Source: an uncultured Bacillota bacterium (GTDB lineage Bacteria; Sysuimicrobiota; Sysuimicrobiia; Sysuimicrobiales; Segetimicrobiaceae). From it: a stretch of DNA of 64,000 bases. Below the pieces are notes generated by a model. That model worked only from the letters and a program-made list of their open reading frames with translations. It was not told the DNA's origin and did no database searches. A program made the translations under genes and the position numbers. Positions 36,977 to 46,090 of the stretch are shown here, piece by piece. Location of the stretch: positions 1 to 64,000 of the forward strand of contig CAWDRG010000005.1 in assembly GCA_963804645.1 (NCBI GenBank). Direction: 5' to 3'. Numbering within the stretch: position 1 is the stretch's first letter; the number at the start of each line of letters is the position of its first letter.

Positions 36977-37758
36977 CGCCGCCCCTCCGCGCCGGCGGCG
37001 CCCCCGCGCGGCGCGGGCAGCCCATGCCACGTCCGCTCGAGCCGCGCGAGGTCCTCGGGACGGTCGATCCACCACAACCCCTCGTCCGCGGACATCGGAT
37101 AGCCGTACAGGGCCTCGCCGCGTGCGAGCAGCGCCGGAAACACGTCGCGGCCGAAGTCGCAGAACCGGCCCCCGGGGATCGCCGCCAGCACGCGCGGGTC
37201 CAGGACGAAGATCCCGGCGCTGATCCAGTGGCTGAACACCTCGGCGGGCGCCGGCTTCTCGAGAAAGCGCGTGATCCGCCCTTCAGGGGTGAGCCCGACG
37301 ATGCCGCTCTGCGTCGGGTCGTCGCGGTGGAAGAGCGCGATCGTCGCGGCCGCCCCCGGTCCCGCGCGGTGCCGCGCCCAGAGCCGGTCGAGCCGGCAGG
37401 CGCTGAGGTTGTCGCCGTACCACACGATGAACGGCGCCTCGAATCCGCGCGCGCCGAGCCTGACGGCGCCCGCGGTGCCGAGCAACTCCTCCTCGCGCGA
37501 GTAGGCGATCCGGACCCCGAAGCGCGTGCCGTCGCCGAAGTGGCGCTCGACGACCTCGGCGAGGTGGTGCACGTTGATCACCAGATCGGTGACGCCGTAC
37601 CCCCGCAGCCACAGCACCGTGTGCTCGAGCAGCGGCCGGCCGGCGAGGGGAATCATGCACTTTGGCACGCGGTCGGTGAGCGGCCGCAGCCGCGTGCCGA
37701 GACCGGCCGCCAGGATCATGGCGCGCGTCGGCACGGCGTCGGGCCGCTCAGACGTCAT
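36973..37758 (-). CDS. Sugar-1-phosphate nucleotidyltransferase (HddC/LmbO-like, short form)
   Basis: MILAAGLGTRLRPLT..PKCM, EELLGTAG, YGDN, FLEKP. Confidence 0.9.
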   Translation of the reverse strand: MTSERPDAVPTRAMILAAGLGTRLRPLTDRVPKCMIPLAGRPLLEHTVLWLRGYGVTDLVINVHHLAEVVERHFGDGTRFGVRIAYSREEELLGTAGAVRLGARGFEAPFIVWYGDNLSACRLDRLWARHRAGPGAAATIALFHRDDPTQSGIVGLTPEGRITRFLEKPAPAEVFSHWISAGIFVLDPRVLAAIPGGRFCDFGRDVFPALLARGEALYGYPMSADEGLWWIDRPEDLARLERTWHGLPAPRGGAAGAEGRR

Positions 37759-38806
37759 CGCGGTCGAGGCGCACGGCGGCGCCGGTCTGTGCCGACCGGT
37801 ACACGGCGTGCGCCATCCGGAGCGCCTCGAGGCCGTCGCGCCCGCTGCCGAGCGGCACCCGGCCCTCCAGAATCGCCCCCGTGAACTCCCGCCACTCCGC
37901 GTCCCACGACCCGTCCGGCGCCGGAAACTCGACGTGCTGCTCCTCGGGCGGACCCGACTCGGGGCGGCGGCGTCCCCACGTGAGGCGCTCCGGGCCGTAG
38001 CTGGCGCCGAGCCCGTCGGCGATGACGTAGCCGTCGCCGCCGAACACTTCGTAGGAGAACAGGTTCTTCCACTGCGTCCAGCTCGCGTGCACCGACGCGA
38101 CGCGGCCCTGCGCCGTGCGAAACAGCCCGAACGCGTTGTCCTCGACGGGACGGACGCCCGGGTCGAGGCCTGGGGGTGTCCAGACATAGGTCTCGGCAAA
38201 CCCGAATGCCTCCGCGAACTCGCCGAGAAACCACCGGCTCAGATCGATGACGTGGATCCCCTGGTCAAGCAGCTCCCCGCCCCCTGCGCGCTCGCGGTCG
38301 GCCCGCCATTCCGCGGCGTACCCCGGGCGGCCGCCGTGCCCGTACCGGGCGCGGACGAAGCATGGCTCGCCGATGTCGCCCGCCGCCACGAGCGCGTACG
38401 CCCGCTGCACCGCTGCATGGTGCCGGTGATTGAACCCGACCTTGACGACGAGCCGTCCCGCGCTTCCGGCTGCGGACAGGATCGCGCGGGCTTCCGCGGG
38501 GGTGCGCGCCATCGGCTTCTCGACCAGCACGTGCTTCCCGCACTGCAGCGCCTCGATCGCGATCGGGGCGAGCCAGTTGTGCGGGGTGGCGACGATCACG
38601 ACGTCGACGCCGTCCCGGCGGACCGCGGCCTGCCAGTCCGGCGCCGCATCGCACCCATAGGCCGCCGCGGCCGCCGCGGCGCGCGCGGCATCGAGATCCG
38701 CGACCGCGACCACGGTCCCGATGCCGGTCGACCGGACCACGTCGGCCCGGCGGCGGCCGATGAGGCCGCACCCCACCACGGCGACGCGGGGAGACGCAGA
38801 CGCCAT
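37748..38806 (-). CDS. Gfo/Idh/MocA family oxidoreductase
   Basis: VVGCGLIG, HVLVEKP, GFNHR, GGGELLDQGIHVID. Confidence 0.92.
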   Translation of the reverse strand: MASASPRVAVVGCGLIGRRRADVVRSTGIGTVVAVADLDAARAAAAAAAYGCDAAPDWQAAVRRDGVDVVIVATPHNWLAPIAIEALQCGKHVLVEKPMARTPAEARAILSAAGSAGRLVVKVGFNHRHHAAVQRAYALVAAGDIGEPCFVRARYGHGGRPGYAAEWRADRERAGGGELLDQGIHVIDLSRWFLGEFAEAFGFAETYVWTPPGLDPGVRPVEDNAFGLFRTAQGRVASVHASWTQWKNLFSYEVFGGDGYVIADGLGASYGPERLTWGRRRPESGPPEEQHVEFPAPDGSWDAEWREFTGAILEGRVPLGSGRDGLEALRMAHAVYRSAQTGAAVRLDRDDV

Positions 38807-38835
38807 TCCGGGTCCGCGGCGGCGGGGAAGCCCCG

Positions 38836-39753
38836 CTAGCCGCCTTCCTCCGCGAGCTCGCGGACGAGCGGCGCGAGCGTGTGCCGGTCGAGCCTGCGCA
38901 GCGTCAGCCACGGGGACGCCGCGAGGGCGGCGATCCGCGCGGCGTCCCACGACCGCCAGTCGTCGTAGGGGGCCGCGATCAGCTTGCCGGTGAGGCCGTC
39001 CGCCTCGTCGGATGCGAGGTACGCGACGAGCTCCGCGGCGAGCGTCGGGGGCACGCCGCCCTGGCCGCTCTCACGCAGCTCGCGGATGCGGGCCGCGAGC
39101 GGGCCGGCGCGTTCGCCCGCCTCGAGCACGTCGTCCTGCAGGCGCGTATCGACCGCGCCCGGCGCGATCGCGTTGACCTGCACGTCAAACTCGCGCGCCT
39201 CTTCCGCGAGCGTCTCGGTCAGGCGCACGACCGCGGCCTTCGATACGCCGTACGCCGAGAAGCGCGCGAGCGGGGCGGTCGCCCCGCCGCCGGAGAAGTT
39301 GATGATCTTGCCGCGGCGGCGCGCGATCATCTGCGGCAGCACGGCGCGGCAGCAGAGAAACGTGCCGACCAGATTGACGTGCAGCGCGCGCACCCACTGG
39401 GCCGGGTCGACTTCCCAGGTCACGCCGATCGGCCCGTAGACGCCGGCGGCGTTGACGAGCACCTCCACCGGTCCGTACGCGTCGAGCGCGGCGCGCGCCA
39501 CGCGGTCGACGTCCTCGGGCCGGGACACATCGGCGGACACGGTCCGGGCGGCCCCGCCCCGCTGCCGGACGGCCGCGGCGACGCGCTCGAGTTCGGAGGG
39601 GGTCCGCGAGACCAGCACAAGCGGCCGCCCGGCCGCGGCGAGCGCGTAGGCCGCCGCCTCGCCGAGACCCCGGCCGCCGCCCGTGACGATCGCCGCCCCG
39701 GGCTCAGCCACGGTCCCGCCCGCGCTCGGCTGCGGGTGCGATCCTCCGCTCAC
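38836..39753 (-). CDS. SDR family oxidoreductase
   Basis: TGGGRGLG, VNAAG, FSGGG, YGVSK, VNAIAPG. Confidence 0.92.
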   Translation of the reverse strand: MSGGSHPQPSAGGTVAEPGAAIVTGGGRGLGEAAAYALAAAGRPLVLVSRTPSELERVAAAVRQRGGAARTVSADVSRPEDVDRVARAALDAYGPVEVLVNAAGVYGPIGVTWEVDPAQWVRALHVNLVGTFLCCRAVLPQMIARRRGKIINFSGGGATAPLARFSAYGVSKAAVVRLTETLAEEAREFDVQVNAIAPGAVDTRLQDDVLEAGERAGPLAARIRELRESGQGGVPPTLAAELVAYLASDEADGLTGKLIAAPYDDWRSWDAARIAALAASPWLTLRRLDRHTLAPLVRELAEEGG

Positions 39754-40949
39754 CGCTCGGCACGCTGCACGACCCCCTGGTCGCGCATGACGCGCTCGGC
39801 CTCCTCGAGATAGTCCCGGCTCCCCGCCTGCGAGCGGATCCAGGCCACGTACTCGCGCACGCTCTCCTCCACCGGGATGGTGGGCGCCCAGCCGAGTGCG
39901 CGCAGGCGCGAGATGTCCGAGATCGTATGGCGCGTATCACCCAGCCGGAACTCCCCCGCGACGAGCGGCACCGCCGTACTGTCGAACGCGTCGAGCATCA
40001 TCTGCGCCAGCTCCAGGACCGTCACGGCGCGTCCGCCGCCGACGTTGAAGACGCCGAAGTCCGCGCGCGGGTCCCGCAGCACGAGCACGTTCGCGCGGGC
40101 GACGTCGCGAACGTTCACGTAGTCGCGCAGCTGCTGCCCGTCCTCGTACACCACCGGGGGCAGGCCGTGCATCAGGCGCAGCGCGAACCGCCGCGTGGCG
40201 CCGGAATACGCGTTGTAGAACGAGTTGCGCGGCCCCTGCACGTACGTGTAGCGCATGCAGGCGGTGGGCACGCCGTAGCGCCGGCCCAACCGGTCGGCGA
40301 GCAGCTCGATCGCGTACTTCGAGATCCCGTACGCGGTGCCGGGGCTGATCGTCTCCTCGTCGATCAGGAGCGGCTGCATCTCCCCGCCGCACACCGGACA
40401 CCGCACCTCCCACTCGCCCCGCCGGAGCTGTTCCAGCGGCCGCGCGCCCGGCACGCGCACCGCCCAGTGGGGGAGGTCGGCGAGCGCGTCGGGGCCGCGC
40501 TCCAGCTGCTCGCGCATCGTCGGGGCCTTGCGGCCGCCGGCGCACCGGGGACAGAAGTACCGGCCTTCCCCGCTCACCGCCTGGGAGGATGCGAACACGA
40601 TCTTGCGCACGGGAAAGCGCCGCGGGTCCGCGACGATCAGCTCAAACAGGAGCGCGGCGCTCTCGGCGTTCGTGTGGATGAACCGCGAAAATTCGGGCAG
40701 ATAATCCTGGTACGCCGCGAGATGCATCACGCAGTCGACGCCGGCGAGGGCCTCGCGGAGCGTCGCGGGGTCGGAGACATCGCCCCGCACGAACTCGGCG
40801 GCGGCCGGGACCCACGCCGGCATCCCGTCAGGATGGACCCGCGGCTGCAGCGCGTCGAGGATGCGGACGCGGTACCCCTCGGCCAGGAGCTGATCGACCG
40901 TGTGGGAGCCGATGAACCCGGCCCCGCCGGTCACAAGACACCGCGTCAC
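39750..40949 (-). CDS. NAD-dependent epimerase/dehydratase with CxxC...CxxC insertion
   Basis: LVTGGAGFIGSH, CPRC and CPVC, YGISK, RDYVNVRDV. Confidence 0.9.
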   Translation of the reverse strand: MTRCLVTGGAGFIGSHTVDQLLAEGYRVRILDALQPRVHPDGMPAWVPAAAEFVRGDVSDPATLREALAGVDCVMHLAAYQDYLPEFSRFIHTNAESAALLFELIVADPRRFPVRKIVFASSQAVSGEGRYFCPRCAGGRKAPTMREQLERGPDALADLPHWAVRVPGARPLEQLRRGEWEVRCPVCGGEMQPLLIDEETISPGTAYGISKYAIELLADRLGRRYGVPTACMRYTYVQGPRNSFYNAYSGATRRFALRLMHGLPPVVYEDGQQLRDYVNVRDVARANVLVLRDPRADFGVFNVGGGRAVTVLELAQMMLDAFDSTAVPLVAGEFRLGDTRHTISDISRLRALGWAPTIPVEESVREYVAWIRSQAGSRDYLEEAERVMRDQGVVQRAER

Positions 40950-40986
40950 GCGCCGGCCCTCCCGCCAACGCGGGCGCCGGGATGGC

Positions 40987-41475
40987 TCAAATGTCCGGAC
41001 ACAACCCCGAGAGCTGCTTGACCGACACCTGCTCGGTCAAGTCCGCGATCGTAATTTCGATCGCGAGCGGATTGCTCGCCTGGCCGTTGTCCACGCACGC
41101 CAGCACCGGGTTGCCGTTGCAGGGCCCGGCCTCGGACACGGTGCCGTTCGGCATGAACGTATTCCGGTAGCATCCGGTTAGATCGATGGGCGGATTGACC
41201 GTGCCGGTGGCGATCGTCTGATTGAACCCCTGCCGCACGACCCAGCTCTGGGGATGCCCGCCGTTGCCGTAGATCCACCAGGTGATCTGCTGTTGCTGCG
41301 TGGTGGCGTCCGACTCGGCGTGCCGCGCCTCGGTGACCAGCAGCGCCGCCAGTGAACGGACCTGCGAATTCGTCTGATAGCCCTGCAGCGACGGCATCAT
41401 CAGCGTGGCCAGCAGCCCCATCAGCGCCACCGCGATGGTCAGTTCCAGAACCGTAAACCCACGCACCGACCGCAT
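40987..41475 (-). CDS. Type IV pilin-like protein (FimT-like) inside glycan locus
   Basis: MRSVRG|FTVLELTIAV class III signal peptide; GGAGGTGGGG RBS; 4 Cys. Confidence 0.88.
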   Translation of the reverse strand: MRSVRGFTVLELTIAVALMGLLATLMMPSLQGYQTNSQVRSLAALLVTEARHAESDATTQQQQITWWIYGNGGHPQSWVVRQGFNQTIATGTVNPPIDLTGCYRNTFMPNGTVSEAGPCNGNPVLACVDNGQASNPLAIEITIADLTEQVSVKQLSGLCPDI

Positions 41476-41526
41476 CGGTTCCCCACCTCCGCGATCTCGC
41501 TCGACACACCCCCCCCCTGTAACATC

Positions 41527-41535
41527 ATTGTATCA
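41527..41535 (-). promoter_or_regulatory. Extended -10 promoter upstream of the pilin gene
   Basis: TG-A-TACAAT on the minus strand, about 50 nt before the ATG. Confidence 0.55.
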
Positions 41536-41608
41536 CGCGAACATACGTCCGTGCCATCCCAACACGGCTGTGGTGGGACGCCGGCGGGTCCGCGATGCGG
41601 CACACGCA

Positions 41609-42427
41609 TTATCGCGCGCCTCCGTTCGCGGCACGCGACCTCGCCCAGAGAATCGACGGCCGAGCGGACACCTCGACCGCAAATCCGCGCGCCTCGAGCA
41701 GCCGCGCGAGGTCCGCGACGTCGCCGTTCGGGTGGTACTCCAAGATCAGCGCGCGGACCCCCCGCAGCGCCTCGGCGCCGGCCGCGCCGAGGATCGCGTA
41801 CTCCCCGCCTTCGCAGTCGAGCTTCACACAGTCCCACACGCCGTCCGACCGCGCCCCAAGCAGGGCGTCCAGGGTCACGCACTCCACCTCGACCCTCCGC
41901 ATCCGCCCGTCCTCGAGCCACAGCGGGTGAATCGCCGGAAACGCCGTGGCGCCGCCCGTGTCGCCGTCGACGACGTACAGCGTCATCGTCCCCGCCTCCG
42001 GGGCCACCGCGACGGGACGCACCGCGACGCGGTCCTCGACCCCGTTGAGACGCAGGTTCTCGCGCAGGAGCGCCGCGTTCTCGGGGATGGGCTCGCAGCA
42101 GAGCACGGACGCGCCGCGCGCCGCCGCGGCGAGCGCGAACACGCCGGATTGCGCCCCGATGTCGAGCACCGCGTCGCCCGGCCGCAGCGCCCGGAGCGCC
42201 CGATCGTACACGCCGTGCGCGAACACCTCGTCCACGATCGCGAGGTCGCTCGTCCCGAGCCGCGCGCGCACGCGGAGCCCGTTGCGCAGGCGCACCTCGC
42301 GGACCTCGCCCGCCGGCACGCGCCCGAGATAGTCGAGGAAGCGCGTCATCGGGTTGACGTACGTCCGGCAGGCGCCGGCCGCGTGCCGCGCGCGATCCCA
42401 CCACCGCTGCGCGGGGCTCACGCTCAT
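41609..42427 (-). CDS. FkbM family methyltransferase
   Basis: VLDIGAQSG, CEP, VKLDCEGGEY, ILEYH. Confidence 0.9.
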   Translation of the reverse strand: MSVSPAQRWWDRARHAAGACRTYVNPMTRFLDYLGRVPAGEVREVRLRNGLRVRARLGTSDLAIVDEVFAHGVYDRALRALRPGDAVLDIGAQSGVFALAAAARGASVLCCEPIPENAALLRENLRLNGVEDRVAVRPVAVAPEAGTMTLYVVDGDTGGATAFPAIHPLWLEDGRMRRVEVECVTLDALLGARSDGVWDCVKLDCEGGEYAILGAAGAEALRGVRALILEYHPNGDVADLARLLEARGFAVEVSARPSILWARSRAANGGAR

Positions 42428-42452
42428 CGGCCGGCTCCGCCGCGCACGGCGC

Positions 42453-43502
42453 TCACGGGGCGCGCCGCCACACGCGCGTGTAGACGTCCTCGTAGTAGCT
42501 GTCCTGGTCCTCCGACACCACGCGCGCGATCCAGTCCTCGTGGGCCACGTACCAGTCCAGCGTCCACTCGATCCCCTGCTCGAACGCGACGAGGGGGCGC
42601 CACCCGAGTTCGTCCCGGATGCGGTCCGTCACGACGGCGTACCGCCGGTCGTGGCCGGGCCGGTCGGGCACGTGGCGGATCGAGTCGAGCAGGGCCTGCG
42701 GCGCGTCCACCGTCCGCGCGGCGAGCGCGCGGCACACGGCCTGCGCGACCTCGAGGTTGGTGCGCTCCTGCCCGGTCGCGGCGTTGTACACTTGCCCCGG
42801 CTCCCCCCGCTCGAGGACCGCCAGGATCGCGCGGACGTTGTCCTCGACGTAGAGCCAGTCGCGGCGCTGCAGCCCGTCGCCGTACACCGGCAGCGCCTCG
42901 CCGCGCAGGGCGTTGCGGCACAGCACGGGGATCAGCTTCTCGGGAAACTGGAACGGCCCGTAGTTGTTCGAGGAGCGCACGATCACCACCGGCGCGCCGT
43001 GGGTGCGCACGAACGCGAGGCACAGCAGATCGGCCGCCGCTTTGCTCGCGGCGTACGGGCTGCTGGGCTGCAGCGGCGCCGCCTCGTCGCTCGCCGGATG
43101 GCCGTCGGCGTCCCCGTACACCTCGTCGGTCGAGATCTGCACGAACCGTGCGGTCCCGTGCCGCCGGACCGCCTCCAGCAGGACGTGCACGCCCGCGACG
43201 TTCGTGCGGAGGAACGGCCCCGCGTCGAGGATGCTGCGGTCGACGTGGGACTCCGCGGCAAAGTTCACGACGGCCCAGGGACGCTCGTCGCGGACGAGGC
43301 CGTCGATGAGGCCGGCGTCGGCGATGTCGCCCCGGACGAAGCGGTAGCCGGGGCCGTCCGAGACGCCGGGCAGATTTTCGAGATGGCCGGCGTACGTCAG
43401 GAGATCGACGTTGACGACCCGCCACCGGTCCTGCGCGAGCAGCAGGCGGACGAAGTGGCTCCCGATGAAGCCGCAGCCGCCGGTGACCAGCACCGTCCTC
43501 AC
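42453..43502 (-). CDS. rfbB: dTDP-glucose 4,6-dehydratase
   Basis: LTYAG, FAAESHVDRSI, STDEVYG, PYAASK, SNNYGP, DRPGHDRRYA. Confidence 0.96.
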   Translation of the reverse strand: MRTVLVTGGCGFIGSHFVRLLLAQDRWRVVNVDLLTYAGHLENLPGVSDGPGYRFVRGDIADAGLIDGLVRDERPWAVVNFAAESHVDRSILDAGPFLRTNVAGVHVLLEAVRRHGTARFVQISTDEVYGDADGHPASDEAAPLQPSSPYAASKAAADLLCLAFVRTHGAPVVIVRSSNNYGPFQFPEKLIPVLCRNALRGEALPVYGDGLQRRDWLYVEDNVRAILAVLERGEPGQVYNAATGQERTNLEVAQAVCRALAARTVDAPQALLDSIRHVPDRPGHDRRYAVVTDRIRDELGWRPLVAFEQGIEWTLDWYVAHEDWIARVVSEDQDSYYEDVYTRVWRRAP

Positions 43503-44068
43503 GGCACGCGCCCCACGTACTCGAACTCGGCGGCGAGCTCGTGCAGCCCGGGCAGCGCGCGGTCCCGCGCCGAGAGCAGCGGATCGCGGACCGGCCACGG
43601 AATCCCGAGCGCGGGATCGCTCCAGCGCACGCCGCGCTCCGCCGCCGGCGCGTACTCGGCCGTCAGCTTGTACAGCACGTCGGCGACGTCGCTCAGCACG
43701 CAGAAGCCGTGCGCGAACCCGACGGGGACGTACACCATCCGGTGGTTTTGATCGGAGAGCACGGCCCCCGCCCACCGCCCGTACGAGGGCGAGCCGCGCC
43801 GCAGGTCGACCGCGACGTCGAAGATTTCGCCGCGCGGACAACCGACGAGCTTCCCCTGGGCGTGCGGCGGGAGCTGGTAGTGCAGCCCACGCAGCACGCC
43901 CCGCGTCGACCGGGACAGGTTGTCCTGCACGAACGCCGCGGTGATCCCCGCGGCCTCGAACGCGGAGCGCTTGTACACTTCTTTGAGCGCGCCGCGCGGA
44001 TCGCCGACGGGATCCGTCTCGACCAGGATCAGGTCGGGCACTTCGAGCGGGGTGAACCGAAACGGCAT
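43499..44068 (-). CDS. rfbC: dTDP-4-dehydrorhamnose 3,5-epimerase
   Basis: FVQDN, VLRGLHYQ, QGKLV, DVAVDLR, GFAHGF. Confidence 0.96.
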   Translation of the reverse strand: MPFRFTPLEVPDLILVETDPVGDPRGALKEVYKRSAFEAAGITAAFVQDNLSRSTRGVLRGLHYQLPPHAQGKLVGCPRGEIFDVAVDLRRGSPSYGRWAGAVLSDQNHRMVYVPVGFAHGFCVLSDVADVLYKLTAEYAPAAERGVRWSDPALGIPWPVRDPLLSARDRALPGLHELAAEFEYVGRVP

Positions 44069-44080
44069 CGGACGGCCCGC

Positions 44081-45145
44081 CTATAGGATGATTTCGGCGT
44101 CGTCGCCGATCATCAGGCGCACGGCGTGCTCGCGGTCGTCCCCGCGCCGGACGACGGCGTGGCGGCCGATGATGCTGTCCTCCACGCGGCCGGCCCCCTC
44201 CAGGCGGACGCCCTCGAGCAGGACGGAATGGCTGACCGTGGAGTGCCGGATCACGCACCCGCTCCCGATGCTGGTGTACGGGCCGATGAACGCGTGGTCG
44301 AGCTCGGCGCCCGGCCCAATGACCGCCGGACCGCGCACCTCGCTGTGCCGCACGCGCGCGCCCTCCTCGAGCGTGACGCGCCCGGACAGGCGGCTGTCGT
44401 CGCTGACGTCGCCGTGCACGCGCTCGACGCACCACTCGTCGAGCACGGTCCGGTTCGCCGCCAGGAGATCGTCCTTCTTCCCGGTGTCGAGCCACCAGCC
44501 CTCGAGCCGGCTGCTGCGCACGCGCCGGCCGGACTCCACCAGCGCCTGGATCGCGTCGGTGATCTCGAGCTCCCCGCGCGCGGACGGCGAGAGGCCGGCG
44601 ACCGCCTCGTGAATCGCCGGTCCGAACAGATAGACCCCGACCAGCGCCAGGTTGCTCGCGGGGTGCTCGGGCTTCTCGACGAGTCGGACGATGCCCCCCT
44701 CGGCGTCGAGCTCGGCCACGCCGAACATGCGCGGGTCCGGGACCGCCTTCAGCAGAATCATCGCGTCGACATCCGACGCCCGAAACTCCTCGACGAATCT
44801 CGAGAGCCCGCCGCCGATGAGGTTGTCGCCGAGGTACATGACAAACGGCTCGTCGCCCAGATACGGGCGCGCCACCCGGATCGCGTCCGCGAGCCCCCGC
44901 GGCTCCTCCTGCCGGATGTACGTGAACGTGAGCGGGAGGCCGTCCTGCGCCAGGGCGGCCTGGATCTGGGCCCCGGTCTCCGGGGAGATCACGACCCCGA
45001 CGTCGCGAATGCCCGCGTCAAGAATGTGGCGCATCCCGTAGTGGATGATCGGCCGGTTCGCGACGGGGATGAGCTGTTTCGCCATCGTGTAGGTGAGCGG
45101 ACGCAGCCGCGTGCCCCGGCCGCCCGCGAGGACGAGCGCCTTCAC
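44081..45145 (-). CDS. rfbA: Glucose-1-phosphate thymidylyltransferase (long form)
   Basis: LAGGRGTRLRPLT, KQL, YLGDN, SARGELEITD, WLDTG; C-terminal hexapeptide region. Confidence 0.93.
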   Translation of the reverse strand: MKALVLAGGRGTRLRPLTYTMAKQLIPVANRPIIHYGMRHILDAGIRDVGVVISPETGAQIQAALAQDGLPLTFTYIRQEEPRGLADAIRVARPYLGDEPFVMYLGDNLIGGGLSRFVEEFRASDVDAMILLKAVPDPRMFGVAELDAEGGIVRLVEKPEHPASNLALVGVYLFGPAIHEAVAGLSPSARGELEITDAIQALVESGRRVRSSRLEGWWLDTGKKDDLLAANRTVLDEWCVERVHGDVSDDSRLSGRVTLEEGARVRHSEVRGPAVIGPGAELDHAFIGPYTSIGSGCVIRHSTVSHSVLLEGVRLEGAGRVEDSIIGRHAVVRRGDDREHAVRLMIGDDAEIIL

Positions 45146-45163
45146 CCGCAGGCCCTCCCGGCC

Positions 45164-46090
45164 TCACTCCGGGAGGAACCGGTTCCGGCGTGATCCTGTC
45201 GCCGCATCCCACGCTCCAATCGCGATACACGTCAGCTTCGCGGCGCGATGGTCCTCGAACAGGACCATCTTCACCACCGTCTTGCCCAGATTCATCGACG
45301 CGGCGGCCACCCACGCCGGCTCGCGCCGCCCATAGGCGCCGAAGATGCGCAGCAAATTGCGCGTCACGTAATAATAGCGCCACGGCGCGTGATTGGGAAC
45401 AATCACGACCCGGCCGCCGAGCCGGCGCTCCTCCATCTTGCCGGCCGCGTGGGTCATCAGCGGCCGGCAGGACACCACGATTCGCCACCCGCGGCTGCGC
45501 AGCCGGAGGCAGTACTCCAGGTCGACGCCTTCAATAAAAAAGTCCTCCCGGAACGGCCCGGCCGCCGCGTAGGCCGCGACCCGCACGAGGCTCCCGGAGG
45601 TGATCGGGGTCTTGGCCTCGAGGTACGGCGGTGCGGGGGATGGACAGCGCACCGCGATCTGGCCGCTGTGCCGGCTGCGCGCGTTTGCGCTCAGGAGGCC
45701 GACCCGCTCGCGGAACGGACAGACGGCGTACACGGCGCCGAGCCCCTCGACGAGGTCGGCATCGATCTCCGAGTCCTGGTCCAGGGTGAGCACCCACGCG
45801 CAGCCGAGGACCTCGGCCCGGCGCACGCCCTGGTTCAGCGCCGCGCCGATGCCGAGGTTGCTGGCATTCTCGAGCACCTCGATCCGCGGGGCCGCGAGGC
45901 CCCGCAGCACACGGCGCACCGGGTCGGGGCTGTGGTTGTCCACGACGATCACGCGGCCCACCTGCCCCGCCGTCCGCGCGAGCCGGGCGGCGAAGCCCTC
46001 GTCGGGCCCGTACGTCACGATGACCGCGGCAACGGTCTCCGGCGGGATCCCGGAGACGCCCGGGCCGTCGCCCGAGGCGGCCGGTGTCAC
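45164..46090 (-). CDS. Glycosyltransferase family 2 (RfbF rhamnosyltransferase-like)
   Basis: VDNHS, NLGIGAALNQG, LDQDS, ITSGS, RYYYVTRN. Confidence 0.88.
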   Translation of the reverse strand: MTPAASGDGPGVSGIPPETVAAVIVTYGPDEGFAARLARTAGQVGRVIVVDNHSPDPVRRVLRGLAAPRIEVLENASNLGIGAALNQGVRRAEVLGCAWVLTLDQDSEIDADLVEGLGAVYAVCPFRERVGLLSANARSRHSGQIAVRCPSPAPPYLEAKTPITSGSLVRVAAYAAAGPFREDFFIEGVDLEYCLRLRSRGWRIVVSCRPLMTHAAGKMEERRLGGRVVIVPNHAPWRYYYVTRNLLRIFGAYGRREPAWVAAASMNLGKTVVKMVLFEDHRAAKLTCIAIGAWDAATGSRRNRFLPE

